Below, piece by piece: positions 38,694 to 51,700 of a stretch of 64,000 nt of DNA (position 1 is its first letter; every line of letters begins with the position of its first letter). The stretch is from positions 81,716,001-81,780,000 of the forward strand of contig CM060732.1 of the NCBI GenBank assembly GCA_030704615.1, in the 5' to 3' direction. A program made the position numbers and the translations under genes. The notes beneath the pieces were generated by a model. It was not told the DNA's origin. It ran no database searches and was given only the letters and a program-made list of their open reading frames with translations. Origin of the DNA: Takakia lepidozioides. Lineage: Eukaryota > Plantae > Bryophyta.

Positions 38694-39159
38694 TTACTCA
38701 CACTCAAAATCGGAGTCCACGTCGAGATCCTCGTCAGGCGCTTCGGGCTCCTCAAGAAGTCCCTCCGTGGATGGGGCAGAAGTAGTGCCCGACTCATGCT
38801 GATGAAGCTCGCTTGAGAAGAGCTCCGTATCAGCCTCCATGCCGAAGAAGTGCCTTCCGGCGCTTTTACATGCATGAAAAGTGCACCTGCAAATCGAAGA
38901 TGAACGAGAAATCAAAACAGGGCTTCCCTAAGCTCATTGCCCACATTTCAAACACAATGTTCAGGGCCCCACATGTTCCCATAGACAAGTCAACCACTCG
39001 TCCACCGTGACGGCTGCATGTCTCCACCAAAGTCTGCATGAAAGCTGGGGATTTCTCCCGTGCACCTCTCCAAGGGACACCAGTCGACCTTTTCGTAGTC
39101 CGACCCGAGTCCATGTAATTGAAGATTACATCATCCTCCACAGGCTCGCAGGTGGGGTC
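38694..39159 (-). pseudogene. Beta-class N6A/N4C DNA methyltransferase-like gene, copy 2 (C-terminal SAM-binding exons)
   Basis: EKSPAFMQTLVETCSRHGGRVVDLSMGT, intron, then HACKSAGRHFFGMEADTELF: matches the N6_N4_Mtase pattern KP..L...I...S..G..VLDPF.G.GTT..A....GR..IG.E.D; ends DSDFECE*; upstream part cut by a LINE. Confidence 0.72.
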
Positions 39160-42100
39160 AGAGAGAGAAGACTCCGGCCGAGGCCGGCATAACTAAGAGC
39201 CACTTCACCTTGCGGCTACTGCCCCCTTTCGGGGGTGGGCCCTATAACAAAAAAAGTGTCCAGGGGGACACCAGGTGACCACTAAGAATAGAGGGGGCGA
39301 GGGTATTCCTAGGTACCCAGGGGTATCCTGGGGGACCTAAGGTGCGTTTGAAGTGCCGGATTCCAGTTGGCGTTTGTTGGTGATAATAGTTGTGAGTGAA
39401 CGGAGTGTCGTGAGATGGATTTCTTTGAAACATTTGTGGATGGGAAGAATGGGAATTTGGAAGTTATCATGTATGTCCGTGATACTGGTGTTATGAATGC
39501 CACCTCGAGTGCCGGCTATGATGACAGTTAACGGGCCGGTTTTCCAGCCACGCCTTCGGAGTGCAAGGATAAGCGGGGCATATTTTTGACGTTTTTCTAA
39601 GATTGAATCGTTTGGATAACGATCATGGCAAAATGTGAATTCAATGAAATGGATGGTGAGTTGTGGGGATGGTAAGGTGGGGGGTAAAGTGTTGATAGGT
39701 AGACCTTGGACGAGGAGTATGTCCGGGCAAAGTCGAGCGGGGCACGAGCATGGTGATCGGGTACATATGCATGGTAGTAGCCATGGTGGTACTGTGTGGT
39801 CGGGTGGCCGTCCCTGGTAGGTGCCTGCATTCATGAGCAAGAACCAACGGGTTTCAGCACGTTTTAGAAAGAGCTTATGGAGGTGCCAGACTGCCTGGTT
39901 ATGACGCGTGATATGCAAGCCATGTATAACTGGGTGTGTACATTGGCTGAGGAGATGTGGCCAAGTGTCACGAGCTTGGTGGGTGGTTGCACATAACGAG
40001 CAGTATGGGGATGGGAACAGATGTGGCCAGAAGATGTGTTTGCGTTGGTGGCCCATGTATTGGGCATATCGGAATTTGCGTGTTTGTCGGATTTGTGCGT
40101 CGGTGGTGGCTTTGGTTAGCCAGAAATGATTGGAGAGTTTATGGTGCAGAACATTGGATTGAGTCCATTTTTGGATGTGTACTTTGGTATGGCTGATGGA
40201 GGTTGCCGCTTGTTTATTTGCTTCTCTGGTCAGAGTGGTCAGGAGGTTTCGGACTGGTCTGGGTACAGGGGGGTCCGGAACGGGGTGTATGAACCAGAAT
40301 GATGGGTGTGGGCGATGTGAATAGGGTCAATCGAGGGTTCAATTATGGGTTGGGAGGCGCCGAGTTGGGCGAGTAGGTCTGCTTCTTCATTACCATGGAT
40401 GCCAGTATGCAAATGGACTTTGAGTGTATGGACTGGGTGGCCTAGGGAGATGGCCCGCTCGACAATAGCGGCAATGAGGTTGCGGTCGGGGTGATGATGA
40501 TGGGCAGAGGGGTGGGAGATGTGGTTGCAAATGAGGAATAGTGAGGTAAGGCTGTCGGTGAAGATGTAGTGTGGGGGGGGGAAGGTGTCAAGTAGAGAGA
40601 GGGCGTCATAAATGGCCATGAGCTCAGCCCGGAGGATGGTGGCAAGGCCAGGGAGCCTGAAGGCAATGCCTTGACTGGTGCCGGCGTGGTAGATTCCATA
40701 CCCTGCATTAGGTTTGGTGAGGGATCCGTCAGTGTAATGTGAATTGGCCAGTGGGTATTTGGGGATGGTGTTTTGTTGATATATTGCAGGGATTGGGGGT
40801 AGAGGTGTTGTTGGCGTGACCTGGAAAGGGCGTTGCAATGTTCCAAGCTTTGTTGGTTTTGATCCGGGACCATGTGGTGGGTGTATGGGTGTGGGAGATA
40901 ATGTTTGGATAATGGATGGTGGCCTTTAGTTTATGAGTGATGGTGAGCAATTGTTCGAGCTGAGAAAAGAAAGATGGCGGTATGGCTGTATGCCGGGGGT
41001 TTTGGATGTGAAGAATCAGGGTTAGGGTGGGTTCCTTCCGTTTGAGATATTTGGGAAGAGGAGGGGTGTGAATATACTTAAGTTGGTTTGGGTCAATCGT
41101 GGCGAGTAGATTGACCCCTTCTGGGAGTTGTAGAAGAGGATGAGAGATATTAGGAGTGTTTTGTTGTGTGACGATGAGGATTGTGGATGCAGTAGGAGAG
41201 GAGTGTGCAACAAGTTTTGCCTATTGAAGAGCTTCGTGAGAAGGAGAACCAGGTGGAGGGTGGGCAAGGCCCCGGCCTTCCCATTGTGTGCTGGGTGGCA
41301 ATACCAGTGGCTCCAAAGATACAGTCTCTGTGGTGCGGGCTAGAGAATGTGGGCAATGCCATAAGGCATGTCAATGGGTTGGAGTAATATGAGTGAGTAA
41401 GCTGGAATGTGTTGATAAGTAAAGAGAGAATATCTTGGGGTATAGTATGGTGCGCACATGCTGTTTCCAATTGAGTGAGGGACTGCGGTTTCTTGGGGGG
41501 AGTGTCTTTGAGGTAGCGATCAACAATATAATTCGGTAGCAAAGTCTTGTTTCGGGGGTTGTAGCGATTGTGGGGATGAGGTAGTAGTAGAGTATTTCTC
41601 CCAGAGCCACGTTAGTCTTGTATTGGGGATGAGGCTAATGAAGCGGCCATGTTGAGCGTAAATGTTGGAAAGGCGGGGGCCCATGTGGATTAGAGGTTGA
41701 TCATGCTTGACATCTTTGTCAGGATTACATTCAGTTATGCAGATGTGCACGTTGGGGGTATAGAGTGGTTGGTGTATATATCTGTTATCTGTAGGTTGGG
41801 CGGGAGTGGTGTGTTGTTGGTGCATGTGTGTTAGATAGTTGGTGTTGGTTTGTTTATGGAAGGTGGTGAGGAGGGCAAGATTGTGTTCGGGGTCGCAATC
41901 GTCGTGTAGGCCGAAGAGGTCGTCTTCTATCTGCCATGTGTTGTCTGCGGAAGCGTACCCATTGACAGTGATAGTATGTATCAATGCAGGTGGCTCCAAA
42001 GGCATCAATGGATGTTTGGGTTTTAACTCCTAGTATAGCTTCAATGATGTAAGCATTGTTATTGTGGTCGTATTGTGGTGAAGATGGGGTGGATGGTGCG

Positions 42101-45100
42101 GTGGTTAGGGGGGGGGTGGGATCCTTGCATAGTAGGTGAGGGGTTGGATGGCGTATGCAAGTGGCGGATAGGTTCAGGGTATTGTGTGGTAGTTACTTGA
42201 GAGGAGAAATCAGATTCTATGTTTGTTTGGGTATTGGTGGCATATGCCGTTTTGAGTGTTTGGTAGATGGAGGTAGTAGGGGTAGAACGGTACTGGGGGA
42301 GCAGGTCTTGAGCCGTATGCGGATAATAGAGGCATGGGAGGTCACATTGTAGAGTGCAAGCGGTCGAGGGATGGCAGAAGAGGGTACGAAGATGATGTAG
42401 GTAGCAATTGGTTTTGGTCGTGGCTCGGGAGAATTTAAGAGTGAATTTGCTAGGTTTTAAAAGTCTATGGCCAGTGGCAGTAGTAAGTTGGGTGAGGGAG
42501 GTGATGTGTCGTTCTTTGAAATATGTGAGGATGAGGACCTTTTGTTTGGGATAAGAAATGTCAAATTGTGGTAGAGAAGGGCTTGTAAGCCATGCGCGTT
42601 CTAAGGGTGATGAGGTGTTAGGATAGTCAGGCAGATCAGTTTGTATGCTAATTTTCATTTGGCGCAGGATAAGTAGTGTGCGTGCAGTGGGGGAGTGTAG
42701 GCAGGCTTGTGGGTGCAGGGATGCTAATGAGTATAGGCCATTGTATTTAGATGCAAGGTATTTGAGAAGTCCCTGATAAATGATACCTAGACGCCCAGGA
42801 TCGTTGAGTGCTTCTTTTAATTGGGTGCCTAATGTGCGAGCATATGAGATGATTAATGGGCTCGAACCAATGCCGTAGTGGTCCGTAGGTAGTTGTGTGA
42901 GGGCATTGGGGGTGTTAGTTGGTAGACCACATACACGTTTTGTTAGCTGGATAATACTTTTATCAAGTTTTTTGATGTCTGATACGAAGAAGGGCGCGGC
43001 GTGGAACGAGTATTGAATTTGTGTTTGTAGTACTGATTGAATGATTGATAGTTTTGGTCGAATGATAATTGGGGATTTGAGCAGAGCAATACTTTTGGTA
43101 GTGAGTTTGGATGATGTAGATTCTTTTTGGATATGCCAAATAAGGGAGGGAACGAGTTGTATGCCTAAGTAAGTGTATGGCTCGTCTGGTCCTAGGAAGG
43201 GGAAGGGTGTGTTTTGGTAGTGTACATAGAGTTTACAATGTGAGGCTATGGCAGTTTTGGTGAGACGACTATGATGTGTGGCGGCTGTGATGGCGCACTT
43301 GTGTAAGCTAAGTTCCATGCCTGACCATAGGTTGAATCTGAGTAGTTTATTAACTTGTCGGTAGAGGTGTTGTGGTTTATGTGCCAGGATGGCTAGGTCG
43401 TCTGCATATGCTGCAGCTGAGATGTCACTTGAGGAGGTTTTGTAGTGATAGCCAAGCTTGCCTCGAGCTAGCCATCGAAGTAGGGGTTCTAGGAAGATAA
43501 TGAATAGGTAGGGGCTTAAGATGTCACCCTGGATAGTTCCACGAAGGATGGGGATAGGCGGGGTGGAGCCATAGTATGTGCCAAAGTATTCAGTAGTGTT
43601 GTTTGTGTAGATGTTTCCTATTAGTTGGACGGCATCGGTGGGGTACCCAAGATCAAGCATGATAGCAAGTAATCTGGCATGGTCTATGGAGCCGAAGGCA
43701 TTTTTAAATCGATATATAGAAGATAGATGTCTTGTTTTGTAAGTTTAGCATCTTCAAGTGCGGAGAAAACATATTGTATTTGTCGTGTTGTACTACGTGT
43801 AGCTCGGAATCCTTCTTGGGGGTCACTGAGAATTTGGTGTTGCTCGCCATATCTTGATAGCATTGTGGTGAGCGTACTGGTGAATAGCTTGTATATGGTG
43901 TTGGCCAGTGCTATGGGTCTGTAATTACTGAGATCTGTAGGATCACCTTTTTTGAAGAGTAGAATGGTCTGGCTGTGTTTCCAGGAGTGTGGGATTTGTT
44001 TTAGTTTGTAACAGAGTTGAAAAAATTTAAAAATGAGGTAGTGAAGTTGAGGGTTTAATGCTTGAAGTATAGCATTGGGTATAAGATCGGGGCCCGGGGC
44101 TTTCGATTTTGATAGTTTTTTTAGACATGATTCGTAAAGATCAATTGTGAATAGGTCTATGATGCGATCCGTTAGGGATCCTCTATTGTCAATCGAGAAG
44201 CCATCTATATCATGCCACAGATAGTGTTTAGCTTTACACATGCAATTGGCAGAGTGGAGACGGGGATGTAAGTAGTTTGGAACTGCAGGTGTGTATGTTG
44301 ATGTTTGTGACCATATTTCTTGGTTGATGTCTGTTGGATTGGTTAGCAAGTGGTTGTGTCTGTGTTTGAGACAGTCGATGGGTGGGTTGAGGGCAGGGTT
44401 AAAGATGGCTTTGTGAGCTTTTTTGGGGTGGTCGCGTAGCAATTGGTTAAAAGAGGAGACGAATTTTTTGTGATTGTCGACGGCTTTTTGTTTGGTAATA
44501 TTGTAAGCGGCTTTTTTGGCATCTCTGCCAACTTTGGAGAGAGCAGCTGTCCATTTTGGAATATCTTGAAGATTGGCAGGTGGTGGCATGAGTACTTGAC
44601 ACGTTGTTAAGGTATTTAGGCAAGTGATACGTGGGTCCGATGTCCAGTTGTTCCCCTGGTGAATGGGGGTAGTGGCGGATATAATAGCGAGGGCACGCCT
44701 GATCGTGTGGTATGTGTTAAGATGTGATGTCCATATACGTTTTTGAGTACGGGTAAGGTAGCCACCATTTTGTTTTGAGCGTGCAGTTTGTGGGATTTCA
44801 GGGGGGGTAGAGCAGGTGGTAATCACACTTTTGGTCATTTTTTGCATTGAAGTTGTGAGTATGGTCTCGGCGTCGTTCCATGCTTTGTCAGGGGACTGCG
44901 CGAGGTTTGCTTCGGAGAGTATATTGGAGAGTCTTAGCATGAGGTGTAAGGATATTGGCTGGAAGTGTTTTAGAAAGACGATTATGTTATTGTGGGGAAG
45001 TGGGGATAAGATTCTAGATTGCGGCGGTGGAACATGTATGGGTGGGATAGGTCGAAAGGGGATGATGGATGCTGGGATGGTGACTGAGACGGGATAATGG

Positions 45101-47560
45101 TATGAGTTGCATAAACTATTAATGTGTACATGACTGTTGAGGTATGAGGGGATGTCATTTTGTGTCTTGAAGTAGAAACCATCAAGAAGACTGAGGGATG
45201 AGTAGTTAAGTCCACCTTGTTTGGAGTAATGGTGATCGGCCGGTATATAACGGAGGTGGTGTGAGTAAGTGAATTTTGCCCATTCATGGTCAATGGTTGA
45301 TGGAGGTTTGTGAACACCATTGTATGTGTGGCCCATGAGGGCAATGTCCCTGTTGAAATCGCCTACTAGGATGTAGTGTTGGGATTGGTTGGAGGGTTGT
45401 GTGAGTGTGTTAGAGATGGTGAGTAGGATATCAGGGATCAGGGGGAGATCTTTGGCATGTGAGGGCATGTACAAGTGGGTAAGAATAATGGGAGGGATAG
45501 CGGGGAGGTGTAGCTTGATGATTTGAAGGTGTGATCGGAGGGAGAGAGCAACAGGTATTTTGACCGTGGTGCTAGGGGAGTGATGTGTACGAAGGATACC
45601 AAAAGCCACTCCGCCCCGAGTGGGATGATATGGCGCGGAGCGTCTAAGTAGGCATTGTGCGGCTGTGAAAGAACTGTCATATAGCAAATAGTAGACTGGA
45701 AGGAGATTGTTGATGTAGGAGCTGTTAGGGCCGTGTGTGTTGAGTTTAGTTTCTTGTAATAGAATGATATGCGGAGGTGTAGAGTCCATTAGATGGATAA
45801 AGCTTTGAATGCTGGTAGCAAGTGACCCTACATTCCAGGTGAGTATGTTGAGTGCGTGTGCTTGCTGGGAGGAGGGGGCATGTGGGGGACTGTTGGGTCT
45901 AGGGGGTGTTGGAGGTGGGTCATTGGTGTGGCTGGGCAAGCAAGGTGTAATGACTGGTGGCGGTATCATGGGAGGGAGTTGATATCCAGGGATGTCTGTC
46001 TTGGCATGGAGGGTTGCAGTGAGAATATTTTTGGAAATGAATGGGAATTTGTTGGTGAGAGTATCTAGCTCGTGTAAGGTAGCAGCTGGGTGTGCTAGGT
46101 GTTCGCCAAGAATCTTGTGAACTACTCTGGGTTTGGCTTGTAGTAGGTCAAGAGATACGTGGAGATTGTGTAGGTAGTGTGGGGGTGCTAGGTATCTGTG
46201 AGGTAGTGTGGGTAGCTCATGCAGTTGGTGTAGTAGCAAACGTATGTGTATGTCTGGTTGGGTTAAAGTAATCATTGCATATTGAGGGGATTGGAGAGAT
46301 GACAACGATTAGTGAGAGTAGTAGGTGTTGTGGGGGGTATGTGCTAAGTTTATGGGTGGCAGTGACTAGGGATGGGTGTTTGCCGGTAGGGAGCCCAAAG
46401 GTCGCAATTGAGTGCGTGGGTTTACGGTTATTGGTAGGATGGTTAGGGAGAAAGGGAGAGAAGTGGTCACTAAGGTGTTGATATGCAGGCACGAGCATGA
46501 CAGTGTCTGTTTGGAAGTATAATTCATATCTGTCTTTATGATCCTTTGGAAGCTTGTTGATGATGCTAGTGATGGTATAGGGGCTTGGGTTTGGGTGAAT
46601 GTTGCCGCAGCGAAGTAGTGTAAGTGTTTCATAGGCAAGTAGATAGGACTGAAAGTGGGATGGTGGATGGTGATAGGAGTGTTTGGATGCAAGGGATCTC
46701 TGGTGATATCATCCATGTGGGCAGTGGGTTATAAGTTGGATTTTGAGGGGGTGAGGGGTGGGGGTGCGTGGGGGTAGTTGTGGAGAAAGTGTATGAGGAG
46801 GGGTAGAGTTGGTGTTAGCAAAGTGGGTACTAGTGGAGCTAGTTGCTTGTGTATGTATGGGGGAAGGTATTGCCTGTGGGTTAGTGTGTGGGTTCGTCTG
46901 GGGATCATGTAGGAGGTTTGTTGTACATGAGCTCTCATAATGGGGATAAAAATTTAATATGGGTGTATGGTGGGTAGAGAGTATATAATTAACTAAAGTG
47001 GGGGAAAGAGGATAAGTGGACGACATCCATGGATGAATGAGTTTGGTGGGCCTTGATATAGATAGTGGGATAGAGGTATAGTGTGGAGTGGTGGCAGGGT
47101 TGGGTGATGGTAAGTGGATCTGGATTGTGGTAGATGCTTGGCAGCTGAGAGGGTGGGAAGGTTGAGGAGAAATGGCTGTCAGGAATAGGATGCTAGAGGG
47201 GGTGATGAAGAGACCGTGTGATTGATTTGATATCACAAGAATTGATGAGGTAGGGGGCTGAAAATGTGAGGGTGTAGATATGGCAGATATATGACACCTA
47301 AGGAGGCGTTTTGTTACGAGATGGAGAAGCTTGTTGGGGGTGCTTATTTGGAAAAAATATAGTACAAGATGAGTCTGAAGTTGTGGAGGATGAGAGATGG
47401 AGATTTGTGAGTGAAGCCAGTAAGGGTATAGCGTTGTGAGATGATGAGAGGCCAACACTTTGTTGTGGCATATTGAAAGAATAAATGTGAGCAGAGGGGG
47501 TGCTCAGGAATTACAACATAAGGTAGTGATAACAACAGCTTAATATCTAACAAGCCTATG
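39160..47560 (-). mobile_element. Dual-endonuclease non-LTR retrotransposon (Dualen/RandI-like), frameshifted
   Basis: APE (ILTWNV, LLQETK, VGDFN; about 45850-45075), RT (KAPGPD, NYRPIAL, QEGFR, QGDILSP, YADD), RNase H (YTDGS, RAEL, FTDS, GIHGNEEAD; 40735-40365), CCHC finger, and restriction-like endonuclease (RHN, CPDILL, FIEFT, KRQKY); (CT)n 3' end. Confidence 0.85.
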
Positions 47561-48781
47561 ATCTGATAGGTGCACTACAACAAAAAGCGGCTTTTACGTC
47601 TCTGTGTTATGACTGCAAATGCAGTCATGGAAGCCATTTACGACTTCTTGACTCTGAAGACGTAAAGACCTAGTCAGTTGTGACATGGCAGATATGACTC
47701 TCCAGGCTGGCTGTCACGTGGCGCCAGAGCAGCTGTGGGGGTAGTCATACACGCTGGCATTACTGAATGACTGAACGGACAGTGTAGTCCATGTCAGCCG
47801 CGGTGTCAGACAGACACGTGGTGGCTACAGAACATGCCACGTGTCAGACTGCGACGCCAGCCCTCACTGCCAGCTATGACAGCGGACAAGGGAATTAAAC
47901 GACAGCACGTGTCGCGTCATAGAAGAAACGCGTGGTGCGACATATCATTGCCACGTGTCACTGTGGGGGACGGGGCTTCGCAGTCACATGTATGTCTTCA
48001 TGGGGGGAAATTTGGGGTCAACACGTGGCAGCATCTAGGGACACCATATGCCACGTTCGTGTGTGCCCACGTGCTGGACTTTCGAGAGCTGTGGTGGATT
48101 CTTGCCAGTCATACCTACGACTGGCGCAGTACGGTATATTCCATGAACAGGGGATTCCATGAGGACGTTGTAGTCCCAGGTGGTGCCACGTGCACGATCC
48201 TCTAAACCTCACGTGCTGCTTCGTAGACATACATTTGACTGGACGTTCTGCATATGGAGTCATAGGACCAACTGCGCGGGGACCTTAGGGGGTCACGTGT
48301 CGGAATGTAATATGCTCATACACGTATCATATTGGGTTCGGTACTCATGGTTATGACTCTAGACGGACACGTGGATATGCCACAGAGGCAGCCAATAGGG
48401 TGCCACGTGCATGTGCCATACAACATCACAATCATGTATACAGCAAGACTTTAGGCACAGAAGTGGCACAGACGTAATTCTGAAAGACCACAATAGCAGC
48501 AACATCACCATCCAGCATCACCATTATCAACCACATATGAACAGCAACAACATAACCAACCATAGTGTGTGCAATGGGGACATACCACCTACCACCACAT
48601 TGCTCATTAATGAGGCATAAGTTTGCAACAACATGCATGAGAAAATCCAACATGTGATTGCTATCAAAATTGGACAGTCAATTCAGAGAAACTGTCACTA
48701 CTATAAGTTACCGTAGTTGCCAAATCCGGATGAGGCACAGGTGGAAATCCCCAAGAAATCCACGATGCTAGCCGACCTGCC

Positions 48782-51700
48782 TCATCTCTTTGTCTGCAAG
48801 GTCTTCACTAGTTTGTCACTCCACACAGTAATGTAACCTACAGTGTCTCCCAACTCAGTGTGATGAGGCTTCATGGATTTGTTGTGATATGGTAGAGGGG
48901 CATTGGGAATGCGGACATCATCAATGTGGATGGCCACATAGCCTTCTGGCACAACAGGATACCCTTCACTCACCTCCATCCCTTGGAGACCAGCAATGCG
49001 GCCAGATCCGGCTGTTGATCGCGAAACAGTGTCTATGAGCTTGACATGGTCTCCCACCACGAACTGCCATCCCAGCCCAAACATGGCAGATTGCATGAGA
49101 ATTGTGGAACATGGATCGTGGAACGTATTGTGTCTACAAGGTCTACAAGGAGCTAATAACAATTTGTCTATCCAGGTCGGGAAGGGGAGAATAGCAGATG
49201 CATACACTTACCCCATTCTGCGAATCAGGGATCAGTGGTGTCGGCTTCCTCAAAGGGTGAAGGTGTGCTGCCCTTTGATTTGGGGGGCCTCGTTCGTGGC
49301 CAAGCACCTACAACCAACCAACAAGCACCAAAAATGTATATTATCTACACTGGGGACTCAAATTACACTAACACAATAAGATGCACCCAAACTGTCAATG
49401 CCTACAGTTGACACTGCGACAGTAATTTGACAAACTCTATCACAACATGTTTTACTGCCACAACTTAAGCACAAATGAGGCTGGCAATGGCACAAGGGAG
49501 TCACACAAAAATGCCTCTAATGTCTGGCACTGTGTACCACACTACAAAGTATGTTACCTGGCGAGGCTGAATGGCTCGAGGGCTGATAGCTTGTTGCCCA
49601 AATGTGGGTTGCCCTTTGAGATATTCTGGAATGCTCGGAGCCTTAGCTGCCCCCTCCAAGAAGGGCCATAAGCTGGTCAGAAGGAAATTATCATTGTGCG
49701 CCTCTACAGAACGACTTCTCCAAGGCAGTGGGAAAATGGCGCTGTATGCTGGATTTTTTGACCCCTTGTGCGGTGTGTCGTCAACAAGAAGAGTGGTTTC
49801 AGGATTCCAGACACAGTTGTCCCGCCACACTGTAGATAGGTTCTTCAGAAACCGTGGTTTCATGGGCAGGCTCCCATCCATGTCAGTGGACTGCTCACAA
49901 TATCCCCCATCCCACTTGAATGCAAGGTCACGGTGCCCATGGAAAAGCCAGTCCACTGTGGGTAGGAAGTTACGTGGTTGCATACAAGACCATGCTGCCA
50001 CTTCAAAGTGTTCGAAACACTTGTCCAAAAAAGCTTTGCAACCAGGCCTTACAACGACCATCTTGCTACCACATAATTTGTGCTCAAGGCCATTTGGAAC
50101 CACAAACGCATTACCGCTCCCGACATGGACGCACTCACACAGCAATCCATTAATATCTAGGATGAGCAAATGCTTGCCCTTCTCCACTATTGTGTGCACG
50201 ACATTCTCCGACATTAATTGAAGGTTGGGAGTGGAAGTGACAACCGTGGGTTGCTGGGTAATATCTGCCCGCGGGGAAACAAGGTCAATGTCCAGGGTTG
50301 TCTCAGATGCCCCCACCGCGACAGCAGCAGGCCGGAGTTCTGCATGCGCCTCCACTACCGCACAGTGTGACAGAACTGCACGAGGACGCGTAAGTTCCTT
50401 GGTAGGGGTGTCGTCCCCTCCACCTGGGCCAACATGCTCCACCTGCACATCATCCTCGAATGCATCAACGGGAGTGACGTTACCTGGTGACATGCCAGGC
50501 AAGTCAAACCTGTCCTCCAGACGTCTTGAGGCTGAAGGGCCAGCGATGCACGAGCTGTTTGCTATGGATGAGCCCACTAAGGCAGGTGAGGAAATGCTGA
50601 TCCCAAATTTCTCAGCCATGGCCTTCTGGTACATCATCACATGCGATATTGTAGCCTTCAAATCCATCATATCTTTGTGTTGTGCACCCTGTGCTCTTTC
50701 CATATCCTCCACTTTGCGAGCAATTGCTGAATACCCAGAGGTCCCCTCCTGCCAGGTCCACGCAAGTCCATGAACAACATGAGAACATCATGCCGTTGGT
50801 AGGGAAAATGCCTAGAACAAAATAATCGACAAAAAATGGGAGAAAGAATGATCACGTGGATCTCACCATCCGCTCGCTGGTCAATGTTCTGCTTACTGAA
50901 CCTTCCTGGATTTCATGCAACGATGGACTTCGGCCTCGCTCCTTTGCCTGCATTTGTCATGTACCAGCTCAGTATGCTAGCATGGTCAACCTGACGAGCG
51001 ACATACCATTCTGTGACAACAGTGATTGAACAGAGGTTTGTCAGACATACTGTTGGGATGCAACCAATATTGGTATCCCCGCGCCCACTAACCTAGTCAC
51101 TATGTCTGCAGTAATACAGAGAGCTGAGTGACAAATGCAGCTAATGCAGAAGAGTAATCACCAGCACAACACTACCCTATGTTAATGACCACAAAAAGTC
51201 ATGTTAACACTCACACTCACTCTCACTATTGCAGTTTCAAATACTGCCCTGACATCATCATTGCACGACAACTCTGATCAGACCCTCCTCTATCCACACT
51301 TACAGATTGGTATGTAAAATGAGGACCCCACCCACTTCACAACTTTGCCAGGTTCGGGTAATCCGGGTTTTCTAGTAATCCAATAATCCGGGTTTTCCAG
51401 ATATCCTCTAGAAAACCCTTCACACAAGCATCAATCTGTTGTGTGTGATTTGCCCAAAAACTAGGCCTCAGGAAGGCCTGGGCTTTTGGCTCAGCCTCTC
51501 AACTTTCAAAGTTGGTGAACAGGGGTACAGGCACAATTCCCTTGATTGAATTGAAGACAGCGTCTCTTTGGTGAGAGAACCCCGGACAGTGTATCAGAAA
51601 ATGAATACTGTCTTCAGATTGCCCACACAACGGACAATTGCACTCTCCTTTCCTCTCTGCTTCTGTTTGCTGTTCAAAGGTAGGCTTGCTTCCTGCCCTG

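Noticed and set aside
39195-39245. Hammerhead ribozyme
   Set aside because: Lacks the CUGANGA and GAAA catalytic core in the required arrangement.
49571-50773. Long plus-strand ORFs (216 and 182 aa), likewise 653-1213
   Set aside because: Antisense shadows of real minus-strand coding sequence.
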